DNA of 64,000 nt from Camelus ferus (taxonomy: Eukaryota): assembly GCF_009834535.1 (NCBI RefSeq), contig NC_045697.1, positions 60,266,001 to 60,330,000 on the forward strand, given 5' to 3'. A model generated the notes under the pieces. The model saw only the letters and a program-made list of their open reading frames with translations, did no database searches and was not told the DNA's origin. Positions 36,996 through 51,464 of this stretch are shown here, one piece after another; the stretch's first letter is position 1; every line of letters begins with the position of its first letter. Both the position numbers and the translations under genes were made by a program.

Positions 36996-39859
36996 TGTTT
37001 CCATAAACATTGCAGGTTAAAAATTGTGACATAATGAAGCCTTTAAATATGCCTAAAGAATGGGTGTTGGTTTTGGAATACACAGTCTAGAAGGAAAATA
37101 ATTCTCTTTGTTCAGGCTCTGGCTGGACAAGTTGTTAAAGATACTTAAAAAAAAAAAGTCAGTTATTCTTATATTCATTAAATGTCTTAATTAGAAACAC
37201 ATTAAAGTTACACCTTGGAGCAAGTACAAATTAATCATATTTTACTAATTTTTTCCTGAAATATTGTGCAATTATGAATTTTTAAATATTGCATTCATAT
37301 GTTTTGCTAGACTATAGAAATACTGCTAGAATAACATAACTAATCAAGTTTTTAAATCTTTTTTTGTATTCAGATACAGAGGAAATAAAGTACACAATAA
37401 TTTTAATGAACTGGAAATCTATCCAAAGTAATAATTACTTTTTGTGGAAATGTATTTCAGTTAAGTTTTTATGGGTGCCAATTCTGGAATACATAACAAA
37501 ATTTAGCTGTGCATTTCTTTACCTAGATATTTTGATTCTAAGATTTTAGAAAATAATCTGGTAAGTGAAGAAAGATATATTTTCAGTAATACTATTTGCT
37601 GGATTTTTAATGTCCCCCAATTTAATTGTTTACCAAAGGAGTCTTAAATAAAGAAAAATATGCCCATTCAGTGAACTGCTTTGCATTTATAAACAAATAA
37701 GTTGTTCTTATATGCTGCCATAGAGCTGCCCAAGGTATATTGTTAAATGACATAAAAATATATTGGAACTATACAACTTCATATAATTTCTGGTAAAAAA
37801 AAATTAGTTAACAATCATTTATAATTTTTCACTTAAGAAAGGGAAGAACAGTTTATCTTTTACTTTTATATAAAAAAGAATATTTCCATTTAGAATATAT
37901 ATTCTAACAGCAAAATTGTAGGTGTATTTAGAAGCTTTGTTGTATCAACCATGTCAAAATGGCTTTTGATAAATACTCTGAATTTTTTTCTAAATTTGAT
38001 TTGATTACTCAGAAAGAATTAGTAAGTGAAGTATAAATTCAAAAACAAAGATAAATTTAATTTATAAAAACTGAATTTGTCTCTACATGTGAATGAGTTT
38101 CATGTGCCATATTTTCTAACTTCTGGTGTTTCCTTTCATGCAAAGGGCATTTCAAAAGCATAACATTAGTAGCCTCCACTCCCTGCTTCCCACAAGCAAG
38201 TCATTCCTTGTTCAAAAAGGCTACTTAATTTAAGAGCAGAACCTGACATATATATATGGCTTGTTATTTCTTTTCTTTTTTCATAAGAATCAAACTCCCC
38301 ACAGGAACAGTCTTTCTTTTCTAACTCCATGTTAATGAGTGTTACAAGAACAGGCATATTAGAAGTAATCAAACATTATGTATGACTGGGGAGGGGTATA
38401 TCAGATTTGGGGGTTCAATAGTAAGAAATCAACTAACCTGCAGATACTCATTTTATTAGTAACAAGATAAATTTTGACCTCACATCTTCTGTACTATGTT
38501 TTGTCATATTTGTCATTTAGTTCAAACTTTAGATGGGAGAGACAGATGTTATTTGTTATTTCTTTAAGTCCATGATTTTTTGATGGGGTTCTGGATATTG
38601 AAAATCTGGCTCAGTATTTCTTGTTTCCCACTAAAAGTCCTGTTGTTGTGTTGGTTTTTTTTTGAGTTTTATCCAATTACAAACCTAAAATATATTGCTG
38701 GAAATTTAATAAGAATAAAATAGAAGAAATGTAAGAAACATAATAAAATATAAAATAATAAAATAGAAGAAATATAATAGATTATTCCAACACCCAGGAG
38801 TAACTATAGCTAACATGCTGTCTTAGTATACTGGGTTCTTAATGACTATTTTAAACATTTGTGATTACACAAAATATAATTTGTGTATTGGTGAGTCAGT
38901 TAACAACCATTATAAACATTTTCTTTGCTCATAAGATGGCTAAAAAAACTTAATTTTAATTATCCCATTATTGTCTATTACTGAGATGCATCTTTTTCTT
39001 TTAAATTTCCCTTATATTAGGGATTTAATTTCTTTCCAGTTATTCACCATTGTACATAATGTTGTAATGAATATCTTTGTCTAAATCATTGTTTGCATTT
39101 CCTTGCATATAGACCTCATACAAGGAAATTGCTGAATGCATATTTACACAGCAAACTCAATCTACAAAAAAAGTAACAGGAATTTAAATTCTTACAGAAG
39201 TGAAAAAATAAAAGTTTTCATGAAGTTTTTTAATTAAAAAATGAAAGTAATGTTCATTATAGAAAAATGGAAAATATAGAACAGTTTGGACTTCCAGAAG
39301 GTGTATATTAACTTATAAAAGTTTTGTATGTTTTTTAGTTTTAACATAAACCTGGGTTCCCTACCCATCTTTCCTATAAATAAAATGCAGTGCACTAAAT
39401 GGAGTAACTGCATTTTCCTAACTGATACATGTTCAAGATTAATTACTGGGGCATGCACATTTCATATTGAATCCCTTAAAGCTGTCTTACCTAATAACAC
39501 ATAAAACTGTGCCTGAAGTTGCACTAGCATAAAGGAAAAAAAAAAGGGTCCAAAATACCAGTTGCAAAACCCAAATTACCATGGCTTTGCAATCACACCT
39601 TTGGGGGAATGTATTCCTTTCCATTCCCTAACTCAAATATCTTAGATAATTCATGAAGTCTTCAGGGTACTGCCCAGCGCCCCTTGAGTTAGATTTCTAG
39701 GCTACCTCAGGGAGTATGTGTCGGTTGTCCTCCCTTGGTGTGGCACATTAAGTGATGCCACTTGGCACTACTCTCATCACACCAAAGCATTAGGTATATT
39801 CCCAGTGTCTAACAGATATTCAACCATCACTGTTGCTTCACATTAATAAGTATCAAAAA

Positions 39860-40445
39860 TTAAGCATTTCAAAAACATATTTTTATTTCTTCTCCCCTAT
39901 AAACGTATTTCTTAGATAACATCTTCCATCTCAGGGAAGGGCACCACCCTTCATGCAGTTGCTAAAGCCAAATCTAAGAGGTTGTCTTTGGTTTCTCACT
40001 TTTGACATCCAATCTACATCATATCTTAGCTTTTCTCCAAAACATATTCTGTGTATTTCCACTTCTGTCCAGCTTCACTGTATTCCTAGTCAAGCATCAA
40101 CCACAGTTCACTTAGGCTCTTCAAACAGCATCTATCTGGGCTTCCGATTTCTATCACTATGCTAGAAATCTCATTTGCACTGAATTCCTGGGAGATCTTT
40201 CCAAGTGTAAATCATGTCAAGTAACTTCTCTGCTCAGAATCCTTCAATGGCTTACCATTGGAAAGAGATTAAAATTTCTGTATCTCATTCTAGCTTATAA
40301 AGCTTTACACGAATGGGCCTCTGCCTAAATCTTTGATCTCATCTCATAATGCTCATGAATTAAGCCTTCTTGCTCCACTTCTTTCAGATACTTGAATAGC
40401 TGGTTCACTATTTGGTGTCATTCGGATCACATCTCAAATGACAAT
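39860..40445 (+). mobile_element. L2 LINE fragment
   Basis: ccatctcagggaagggcaccacc...cagttgctaaagccaaa...ctctgctcagaatccttcaatggctt...ctctgcctaaatctttgatctcatctc. Confidence 0.85.
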
Positions 40446-41379
40446 TTAAGTAAAAATATATTCTGTTAATCTCTTTGTGCAATGATTTTCTTCCTGCTTG
40501 ATGGTGCTTAATAACCTATACGTACATTTCCTAATTGACTTGAGTACAATAGCAAATAATTTTTTAAAGCTATATGAAGGGTTAATTTTCTGAACAGTTG
40601 CTTTTCTGTGAATAACTTTAAGTTGCATTAAAAATAAATTATCCAGATTCCTGGGGATTTTTTTCCCTCAAAAATAAGTATTCCGTAAGTTATCACATTT
40701 AATATTTCAAACATGTGAATACTTTTGTTTTTTAAAAAAAACCTGTAGTTTTCCTTTTCAATATGAAGATTTGTGAGCTACGTCTTAAGTTTCTAAAATG
40801 TTATACATCAATTTTTGTAGGTTTTTAATAATGTTCAGCACTTTCAAATAGCATACTCTGATAATCCATCACACTGGAAAGTCTTAATATACTTACTTTG
40901 TTAATTTTCTTTAAAATTTTGTTTTTATCTCTTCAATCCCAATCAACTAATAGAGGCAGAGGGTGCCTATACCTTGGTCTGAAGATCCGTGGTTTAGTTT
41001 AGAAAATATTTCCTAGAAATTCAGGTTTGAGGGTGTCAATTTAGTACTCTAAAAGATGTTTGAACTAAATCTATTTTAAAAAACCTAATCGTACTTAAAG
41101 TAGGTAGAAATAATTTTGTTATTTTTAACTTATTAGGTTTTCTGTTTAGTAATTTTTACCAGAAGAGAATTCAGGCAACAAAACAGACTCTAAAGGAAGT
41201 GGGAGTCAAGGATCATTATGTGACATGGCTGGGGTAGAAGGAGCAGCAAAAAACACTATTAAATGATGACTAACTGATAAAATGAATACAGATAGAAAGC
41301 ACTTAACCTAGTTGATGAAAGTACGCCATTGCAGAGTCAAGGTATCACTGCTGAAAACGACTGACTACATACAGTGCAG

Positions 41380-42460
41380 GAATGCTTTAAGCAGCAGCAT
41401 CAGGCCTCTTTCATGAAAGTTCGTGTACTGATTGGTCAACAGAGAGTTTCCAATATTATAGTTGAGACATTCTGGTGAATTTAAATAAATCTTTGCATCC
41501 CAAATTCCTAAACTTCATGCATATCTTCTGACAGCAGAGGATGCCACCTTACAAGTCCAATGAAGTAGTTCATGTCCTGAAAAACTTGTAATAACATCAC
41601 CTGCACAATTTACATTGCCATTCTCCTCATGCCTCACTTCTCTATTCCTTCCAAAATTACCTCTAGATTTATAACTGAATCAGATCCTAGCTTTCACAGA
41701 GGACTGTATACAAATTTTAACTCAAAAGGAAAAGCCTTATACACCAAAAGAATTTCAAGATTTTATTTATGTCAATGTAAATCTTAAGACTATGTGTAGA
41801 CATAGATTCAGAGGGTGTTACATGAGAGAAGCTGGCTTTATCAATATGGATGTATTAATAATTCTATATGAAAGGTGCCAACTCTTGGTTGATTGACGAA
41901 CATCTGGACTCAGTGTTGGTCCATGTTCGTTGCAGTTGGGTTTCTGTAAATTGTTCAGTATAACATAATAAGAAGGAATTCTGGAAGTCAGACGTGAATT
42001 TGGGGCTTACATTCCTGATTAGTAAAAAGTAAGTAGCCTGTCAAATCTTATTGTAATCATGGTGATACCTTAGCAAACTCATGAATGGCATTCACTAGCT
42101 GCAGAGTCCTCATCTCTAGAATAGTTTTAGCAGGATATACCTGACATAATCAGGATTGTTTCCAGTAAACACACCTGGAATCTATGAATTTATGAAATCT
42201 TTGGTGAGTGGCTCCTTGCAAAATATCACTTAAACTATGTAGCTTTTGGAGTATAAGATGAAGCTATTTCATGACCAAAATAGCTTCCTTTTGAGGAACA
42301 TGCATCACTCAGGGACCTATTATGTTAACTCTAAGCCAAAACTCAACCTAACATGAGATGCCAAAGCATGGAAAGTGTTTCAGTAGTCCAGATGTCACCC
42401 CATTTCACTTGGGCTTCACTGTGACCTGTGTCTTTGGAAGTATTACCATAATTTGATAAC
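41380..42460 (+). mobile_element. ERV-L/MaLR-type internal remnant (gag joined to a pol connection fragment)
   Basis: KVRVLIG (about 41416; consensus KVRALIG); AYTPKEFQDF (about 41733); AGFINMD; W-T-Q-C-W block; later ttttggagta...ccttttgaggaaca resembles the GFWSK...PFEKQ connection domain. Confidence 0.7.
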
Positions 42461-44958
42461 AGAGTAAGACCACTGATATGACTGTTGGCCTGATACTTTG
42501 GATCATCTTGATACCATTGGCCATAACTTGGACCTATAGGTATTCAAAAAAGAGACTGGAAAATATAGTCTGAGCTCTGGATGGTCAGATATCTCACTAA
42601 AAACAGAAGATTTACTTACAGACTTAGAAGGCAAGCCTGGATATTGAGCAATCAGGTGTCTCTAACACAGAAGGTAGAGAGAAAGAAATCTGAGTGCTTT
42701 TCAGGGACTTTTGAAGAGGGCAAATCATGCTGGATCAGAGTGATTTGTCAGAATGATCAAAGCTGGATCGTGGATGGCATCCTGGCCTCAGTTTGAGTGT
42801 CCCTGTTGTCAGTTCCCTCCTTCCTCACCTGCTTCAGGCACCATCAGAGCAGTGGTTCTGGAACTCACTTGTTTGGCTGCCACAGTAGACTTAACAACTT
42901 CACAGTACCTGTTTTCAACACACTTAGCCATCTGTTTTCAGCACATTTATCCATTTGTTTTCAGTCATATTTCTGAAGTGAAAGATCACTTTGACTGTAG
43001 TCATTTCTCCTTGTGCCCAGAATGGCTGTGAGTTTGTTGATAGAGTTTTTCAAAGACTTTAATTCCTGTTGTAGAACAGAATGTTTACTTTAAGTACCAG
43101 TTAGGTTTCAAAAAGAAGTCTCCTCTGTTTCATTCTTTATTCTGCACGTATCTTTTTCTATACTTCAGTAGTAGCTCAGTTAGATATTAGGCTCCATTTA
43201 AAAATTTCTTTATATGAAAGAAAAAAATACACGAAGAAACTCTTGTGTTGATATAAATCTGTGCAAGAATATATGGGAAGCAAGCTTATAAAATTATTAA
43301 TTTGTCCATTTATTAAAAACTATTAAGGGCTTTTATGGTATTTTTTATCAGGGCAAGACCAAAAACATTTTACAAAATTGTCAAGTGTTTCTTAACACAT
43401 TGTATTTGTTGTCAAACCTCCATATCAAACCCAGGCCACACCAATCTTACATTCTTAAACATCTGTAAAGCTAATGAGGTGTCTTTCCCAGGTTTATATA
43501 GTATAGTACCAAAGAGCCTGCAAGGAATTAATTTACCCTACAAAATAAGAAAGAGACTAAACTCCAAGAAAAATGTCTTCAGGACTCAAACAAGGAAATG
43601 TATTAGGATATAAGGTAATAATCAACAGTGTCTGTAGTCAGTTGAAATTAGAAGCCCAACTTAAAGGCATTGAAAATGTATTAATAAACAATAAATACTG
43701 CCCACAGTGAACTAGGTTATCATCTCTCTTCTGGAAATAAAGATTTGGGTAAAGGAAAGTGAGCCACTATGTCAGCTCCAGGAGAAAGCTAGAACTCCAC
43801 AGTAAAAGAGCAAGTAGAAAGACGAGCCATTTGACTAAATCCCTGTGGGACAGCGAGGATGCCACAGCATCAGCATCCTCGGAGCCAGCGGCTGCTGCAG
43901 GGAGGGAGGCAGTTCCAGGAGCAGCAGGTCCTCAGAGCACACATCAGTGTTCACAGCATCAGGACTTGGAATCTTTCCTGGCAGAGGTACCTTTGGGTGT
44001 TGTTAAGCCACAGTGTGATGGCAGTACATTCAGTAGAACCTGTGGCTGAACAACTGCATTAGCTGTCTGTAACACCGGAAGTTGATGATAATAGAAGAGA
44101 TGTTTGGTGCCTTTCTGTGTGCCACACGTGTTCCCAGGGCTTACATGTGTTGACTCATTGAATCCGTGACCTTAGCCCTCTTGCTCAAAGTCACACATTA
44201 TGTGTGCCTAGCCAGAATTCAAACTCAGGATCTGTACTTTCAAACACTAAGCTATGCTGAGAGAGTGGATAATTAAAGAGTCACATAACAGATTTCCAGG
44301 GAATTCCCGAATGAGTTGGAAACTTTAGAGGTTGGCAGGAGTGAGGGTAGCACAAAGAGAAGGTAGCACAACCAGAGAAATAGTTTGGGGTCTGTAACGT
44401 ACCCTTATTTTCTCTCTTACGGTAGTTCTTGAGAAGCATAGGTTATGGACTGTTAGAGAAAATGGATTTTCTTAAGTAATTCAAAGATAAAATGTCTGCC
44501 CATGAACATAATCTTGACTAAATTTCAGTTATAAAATGGAAATATCTTACTTTGCTTTTTACATTACATCCACAGGAAAGAGGGGTAGGTAGCATAGATT
44601 ATCATAGATTTGCATTCCAGCAGTTTGTAAAGATTCTCAAAATAAGGTATATTATCTGGAAATCAAAACAATATTTACTTATGTAAATAGCATTACATTC
44701 ATCGCCACAGGCACAGATTTTTTCACAATATAACATGATAATCAAATTTGTCAGATATCAATTGCATGGGAGTTATGTAATAAATGTAAAGAACCTCAGT
44801 TTCTAGATTGTGTAATTAGTATATTTCATTTAAAAATTGTGACATTTATAGACTGTATACTAGATTTAGTTTGACATCTCTATTGGTCAATTGAAAAATA
44901 ATAAGGCTGAGTTCATATTCTCATTAAATGTGAGACTCAAAAGTCTTATCTCCTAGAG

Positions 44959-45670
44959 TAGTGGTATTCAAACTTTCAAAATTACAGACCTTGTTCACTA
45001 AATAATTATTAAACACTATCTCAAAATATAAATATATTAAAATACATTGTATATGGGATGATTATCATCATGTTACACATTTTGTAAACAGAATCAGAAT
45101 ACTCAAAACAGAAATCTTTAAAGGAAATAAAGTTAAGATAAATTCTTATAAATATATTTCTAATTACAAGTACTTCAGAGCATTCTTAACACACAAATTA
45201 AACCACAAGATAGAGCACTATTCATTTTTAGGGATAGTGGATGTAGATCCCTGTTTCCAATAACCTCATTTTTTCCATCTGTTGCCAGTCTTTTATCAGA
45301 TACGATTAAAATCATCATTGTTTTGTCTCGTGATATAGCAGATGAAGCACTTTGACTGGAATGTGTTAAATGTCATATCTGCTCTTTTCTCAGTTTGTGT
45401 TTGAACCATTGGTGCTATTTTACATAAGTTGTTTCCTTACAGGAATATTTTAAGGTCATTATCAATTTTTGAGATTTATTTAGCTTAAACTAGCCATTAT
45501 AACCCATAAATCATGTTAATCTAGCATATATACAGTGTACTTTGTCAGAACACATTGAAAGGAAAGAAGCTATTGAGAGTGCCATTTGTTCCTACTGCCT
45601 CGTGGAATTCTCTCTTCCTTAAGGATGTATACTATTCTGCACATCACACATGACCTTCTGATAAATACTG
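44959..45670. mobile_element. Probable hAT-Charlie non-autonomous DNA transposon
   Basis: Ends tagtggtattcaaact and tgataaatactg resemble Charlie TIRs; flanks tcctagag (44951-44958) and ccttagag (45671-45678) fit an 8-bp NTCTAGAN-type TSD with 2 mismatches. Confidence 0.5.
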
Positions 45671-46112
45671 CCTTAGAGAAGGTGCCAGCCTAAATACTAA
45701 ATATTAGTAAAGCATAATTCTTTTTTATTTTTAAAAATTCAAAATTTATATTAAATGCATACTTCTCATTTCTGATACATACTATTTAGATCATTGATAT
45801 GTAATTACTTTTAACTATCAGTCATTTATAGTAAAAAGAAGCAATAAAATATGCACATTTATATTAAATATGTCTTTTAAAAAATTTGGAACATTGTATA
45901 TTCTGTAAGCTTTGTGGTCCAGTCACTCTGAAGAGTGTTTCAGGTCTTCTGCCTAAATAAAAACCAATAATTAGCAACATATATTTTTGCCTTTAAAATT
46001 CTCTGAAGTTAGACATAGAGCATCAGCAAGGCATAAAAAGATTTGTGAAAACGGTTGTATTTTCTAACTATATTCTTGAGATTGCAAAAAAAAATAATAT
46101 ATAAAAGTAGGT

Positions 46113-46219
46113 ATCACTTTGCTATACTCCTAAAACTAGCACAACGTTGTAAATCAACTATACAACAATAAAAATTTAAAACTATATATATATATATTGT
46201 GTGTGTGTGTGTGTATATA
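46113..46219 (+). mobile_element. Cetartiodactyl-type L1 3' tail followed by a (TA)n(TG)n microsatellite
   Basis: atcactttgctatactcctaaaactagcacaacgttgtaaatcaactataca...aataaaa, then tatatata...tgtgtgtg. Confidence 0.85.
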
Positions 46220-48419
46220 CAGACACCCATACATAAAAAGTCACCAATAGTGGTGATCAAGTAGTCTTAAGTTTTCCAAGTAGAAAATTTATTCTACACA
46301 AGAGGTTGACTTCTGTGATTGCAGTTTATTTAACAATATTAACTGATAAATATATTTTATATTTTGAAGACAAGACATCACATATTACTTTTGTTAATAT
46401 TTATCTCTATAAATCTAAAAACCTTTTACCCACCCACCCTCTGATTATGTGTGTATTCAACACCTAGTGAATGACACTCCTATCTCTTAAATCAGGAATA
46501 ATTGAGTATTAGACAGAGATATTCTCAATACCTATTATTGAAACTCATATTTTATGTCTGTAAATACACAAGTTTCTTTTCCTTTCTTCCTCCTTCCTTT
46601 ACTTCTTTCCTTTTTATGTAATTAATGCAAAGTGATAAAAATCAAATCTTTTTTGTTGATTCTTAATAATAAAATTTTGTTCAGAATATAGAATATGTAA
46701 CAATTTAAAAATCACATTCTTCTTCCCATTGCTAGGGACTGGCTCATTTTATATCTCAGACACTATAAAGGATTCATTGATAGCTGATAGATAAGAGTCT
46801 CATCTGGAGACCTGAATTCATATCAGAACACCATATAATTTCTCAAATGGCATACATTTCAATAAAAATTCTGTCATATCTGACAATATTCTTTTCATCT
46901 AAAAGCTAAATGTGACTGATGTCATTCTCTAAGATTTTATAGCTTAAATATGTCAATAATGCAAATTTACAAAGATGTTTTTCTGTAGCCACTTCAACCA
47001 TTGAAAAGCTATGGCTGATAAGAGGCAAATAAACTATAATTTGTAAGATAAATAAAATATGTTTATATGACTAAGATGCACTTTACTGATCTAACCATTT
47101 TTTGTTAGTTGCCATTACTCTCCAGGGTGCAGAAAGAAATTTGGCATGATAATAAGCAGTTTTATTTGGAATACATGAGGGGCATACAGTAAATGAAAAT
47201 ATATTGAATTACTAATACTAATGTAATTAGTAATTTAGAAATGAGGTTTCTTGTGTTGACTCTTAATTTCCTGATAAATCACATTTGATTTTTCTTTTTT
47301 CCTGAGTGTAAGATTCTCCAGTGATGAACTGGATATTCAGTATCCTTTTCTCCCCCTTTTCCCACATCTGAGTTATATTTCTCTGAGTTATATTTACCTA
47401 TCCTATATTACACAATGCATACTATTTAACAGTAAGATTTTCTGCTTTTTGAAGGTAGCATGCTTGCAATTTTCATAGCATGTTAAAGTAATTTTTATTT
47501 CAGTTTTATAAATGGAGTAATTAAGGCATGGGCATTTTAAAATCTCGTTGATGCACTACTGAGACTCTCAACTGGACCACATTTTCCATTGGAAATTAAA
47601 TATAAATTCAAGTAGCAATTACTCTAGGTAGTTCTCTGGGTGTGTTAGTTCATAATAGTCACTCTATGGCAGCTAAAGATACCATATTCATTATAAATTC
47701 ACATACATTCATCTACCAATGCATTCATTTTCAGATGCTCTGTACATGGTGATGTAGGTATTTCCTATGTTGTATGTGGAATGAGCTGCTCATTTAGCAA
47801 AGGACTAAGCTTCTTAGCAGGGGAATTTGTATGGAAGTGAGAGCATCATGCTGTGAGTGGAGGGAGAGTGAAGAGGTGCTTCCTATTAATGCCTGATGCC
47901 CAATAAAAAACAGAGTTCCTTCAGTGGAAGGAGGTGGTCCTTCACCATAGATATTAGGATAGTTGACTCCTTCTAAAGAGAAATAATAAGCTTATGCTAT
48001 AGGCCTTAATATAGTGATTCAATTACTGTTTTATCTAGTCCACTGGTCTGGCCTCTTCTTACAGTTTATTTATGAATGCCTGAACTTGCTTCACACCACT
48101 TTCTCAGAGAAATGAGTTTCTATTGTAGGAAGACAAAGGAGCTAAATTCCTCAGTGGCAATACAAGCTTAGTATTATTATTATCAATGGTAAAATAGTAA
48201 TAATAATAAATTAGTATTTTGTGGGAGAAAAGACCAGAGTCCCTAAATGGCCTAAATAAAATGGGTAACATACTGGAAAATCTAACTACAGCCTCCAATA
48301 TGTTGCTTCTAAAAGGCAAGTTGGTGGGGACCTCACATTAGGGAATGTCTCTGCCCTGATGTGCTTCTTAGCAGGTGAAGACCTATCACTCATGGTCATC
48401 AGGTTTTGAGTCACATATG

Positions 48420-48902
48420 ATTCATTGAATCGCAAGAAACAGATGCCTAACTTGAAGTAGGTTAAATAATAGAAATTTACATTTCCATGTAACAAGTAGC
48501 CCACATATGGGAAATTGCAGAGCTGATACAGCATTTGAACAGACTAGGCCTCCAGGTTCACTTCCCTGGTATATTCTTGGCTTACACCTTTTGATTATAA
48601 GAAAACTACAGCAGCCTTCAATTACCTGAATAGGAAGGGGGCAAGGACTGTTTACCTGTTTTGCTCAGACGAAATCCATGTTCTGGAAGCCTCACCCCTT
48701 TATTTTTAAAATTAAATGCCAGGAGGATGTCATATTTTTATTTTAAGTTAATTACTGGCAAGTGGGACTGAGATACCATAATTGACATAGAAGAAATATG
48801 ATTCGTGCCCTGGGATACGGGACACTGCCACTCACAAATGAAAAAAGAGACAAGGAGAAAGTGGACCTTTGTTAAAGGGTAGCTAATTAACACTATCTGG
48901 CC
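48420..48902 (-). mobile_element. Old MaLR LTR (MLT1J/K-like)
   Basis: gcaagaaacagatgcctaact...ggttaaataatagaaattta...catgtaacaag and ttactggcaagtggga...accataattgac. Confidence 0.55.
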
Positions 48903-49376
48903 CATTATTTCATTTGCCTTTTTTTCTCCTTAGCTCTCTTCGTCTATAAATTGGAAGTAATTTATGATCTCATGGGCTTTCATGGGTTGTTTCATTAAAC
49001 ATTAATTGAGTTTGTGTGCTGGACGCTACAAATACAAACATTTTTATAAAATAGATCTTAGTAGCAAATTCATCTTACCTAGTCTGGAAGGCAAGATTTA
49101 AAAACAACAAAAGATTTTCACTATGAGGATCTGAGTTTTAAAGCAGAGTAGATTTTGTCCATGTGAAGGTCAAGTGAAGAGGAATGGTGTGTGCAGGGAG
49201 AAGGGGAGCAAAATAATGAAGGACATGACTGACAAAGAGCTGATTGTGCCTCGAGGAACTCTAAGCAGGTCCCTGTTTCTGGTGAGTGCATACAGCTCAA
49301 GGACAGGAGACATGCTAGACATGGAGTGGTAGATTACATTGTAAAAATTAGCATGATAGAGTTGTGGATTAATAAA

Positions 49377-49730
49377 TGATCATGGACTGTTTCTGTTCTT
49401 TCCAAAATTCGTAAGTTGAATCCCTAACCCCAGATGTGATGATATTTGGAAATGGGGCTTTGGGGAAGTAATTAGATCTAGATGAAGTCGTGAAAGTGGG
49501 GTCCTCACTACAGAATCAGTGCCCTTATAAAAAGAGATTAGAGAACTTGTTCTCTCTCTCAAGGATACATCAAAAAGACAGCCATCTGCAAACCAGGAAA
49601 AGAGCTCTCACCAGGAGCTAACTGGCCAGACTCTTGATTTGAGACTTCCCAGCTTCCAAAATTGTGAGAATTGAATTTCTATTATTTAAGACACCCAGTC
49701 TATTTTCAGATAACAGCCAGAGCTAAGACA
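49377..49730 (+). mobile_element. MLT1A-family MaLR solo LTR
   Basis: TG...CA ends; ccaaaattcgtaagttgaatccctaacccc, gtgcccttataaaaagag, gccatctgcaaaccagga, gacttcccagcttccaaaattgtgagaa, ctaagaca. Confidence 0.92.
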
Positions 49731-49766
49731 TGAATATACAAAATCATTGGAATACTTTAATAACCC

Positions 49767-50412
49767 TGATAAACTTGAAAAAAAAAAAAAACCAGTGACT
49801 CAATCTTAGAGCAGAGTCAGAGACAAGAAGTGCATCACAGAAGTTATTTAATATCAACAAATGTCTTAAGGACAAAAGAATGGGGGAGATCTAAAGCTTG
49901 TTATGAATAGGAAAGCAGCCTGCTTATGTGGTTAACTAAGCATCATATCTTAGTGAAAAACTCTGAGATCACTACACTTGAAGAATAGTACTCCAGAGAA
50001 AGAGAGAGGCCATTCCAGTTTCCGAGAGATTGTAGCCAAGGGGGGGGGGACTTACACATCTCCTGGTGGGTGTTGTGGCCTGTGGGTTTTGACAGAAAAA
50101 GTCACTGCTAAGAGGTCTGCTTGGGAATCATTGCCCTCAGGAGGCAGTTGGGTTATAGTAGAGCAATCAGTGAAGGGTAGTTTCAGAGAAGTAGTGGAAA
50201 TTTGAGGAATTTTGCTAGGGACCCAGAAGAGAGAGAATATGGCCTCCTGTTTGAGAATGTTCTTAGGTAGTTATGATCTAGATGGGGATGATCTTATTGG
50301 AAGATCTTAGATTCTGTATCCTGCTCAGTTCCAGATAACAGTGCTGTCTTGTGCATTTATAGGAGAGAGGGTGCCACGCATAGAGCAAAAGATCTGGTGG
50401 CCTCTCATAACA
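49767..50412 (-). mobile_element. Probable ERV1-class solo LTR, family unassigned
   Basis: GC-richer block ending ...ctctcataaca (minus strand starts tgttatgagagg); no TSD recognised; boundaries and strand tentative. Confidence 0.4.
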
Positions 50413-50646
50413 CATGCTTGGTATTTCTACCAAACAGGAATAACATGTATTTATGGTTACTAAGATGTATTTAAACACGATTACTTTTTTTGAACATTTT
50501 GTTAGATTTGGAATAAATAAATGCCACCTAAGTCTCATCTATTACAGAACACCAGGATGAATTTGAAGTACTCACACCAGATTTACTTGGTAGCATTCTG
50601 AGAACATACATACTTTCTTAAACCCAGATTGAGCAGTGTTATAAAC

Positions 50647-50998
50647 TGTTAAAACTGAGAAACATTACAATTTTCAAAGGTTTGTTTGAGTATACATTGA
50701 TTCCAGTCCAGCAGTGCCAAATAAACAATGGTTCAGATCGCTCCTGTGACAGGGGCCAGAGGAAAGATTTTTATAGTGAAGACAGGAAAGCAAAGCAAGA
50801 AAGATGATTTGACTAGCCATAGCTTAAGCAGTTCCCCTGTTTGGGAGAGCCTCCTTGGATGTGTGTAATTGTCATTAAGTTTCATTTTCTCAGATTCGAG
50901 TGCATGGACTCTGGCTTAGCTTTTGGTTTACTTACGTAGGCTACCCAGGAATTAGAGCCACTGTAGCCTAATGGCTTCCTTCTTTAAATACTTTAATA
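50647..50998 (-). mobile_element. MER93-like ERV1 solo LTR
   Basis: Minus strand gaagccattaggctacagtggctctaattcctgggtagcctacgtaagtaaacc matches the recalled MER93 start; ends ...ttttaaca. Confidence 0.75.
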
Positions 50999-51464
50999 AT
51001 AATGCTAAAAAATAACAAAAACATAAACTTTTGCCATTATAATATGTTAAGGATTTCATTATTTTATATAGAGAATAAATATAAACCTTTAAGAACTATA
51101 TAATCCATATATTTATCTCCCTACAATGTGTTCCAAATATTTTATTTTTAAACCACAGGTTAATATCAAAACCAAAGCAGTTTTATTCAGATGTGGATTA
51201 TATGGTAATACAAATGGTTTATTTTTATACAGATAGTTTATTTTTTTGATACAGTTATACATTTGTTTATTTTACTCCAACAAAATCAGTGGGTATTTAC
51301 TTTGATTTTACTTGGTTTTGTTTTACTTTACCTATTTTTTTTATAAATGTATTGCTTTATTTAACTTGGTGTAAATTGATATCTTAAAAATAATGGTGTT
51401 AAACACAGAATAGGTTATTTTCTTAGAGTAAACACTCCTTCTATAAAGCACCTCTTAATATTTT

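Noticed and set aside
38385..38425. ggggaggggtatatcag, resembling the start of a camelid tRNA-derived SINE
   Set aside because: Similarity does not extend to a convincing B-box, body or A tail.
47207..47235. 10-bp inverted repeat aattactaat/attagtaatt
   Set aside because: AT-only short hairpin, expected by chance at this base composition.
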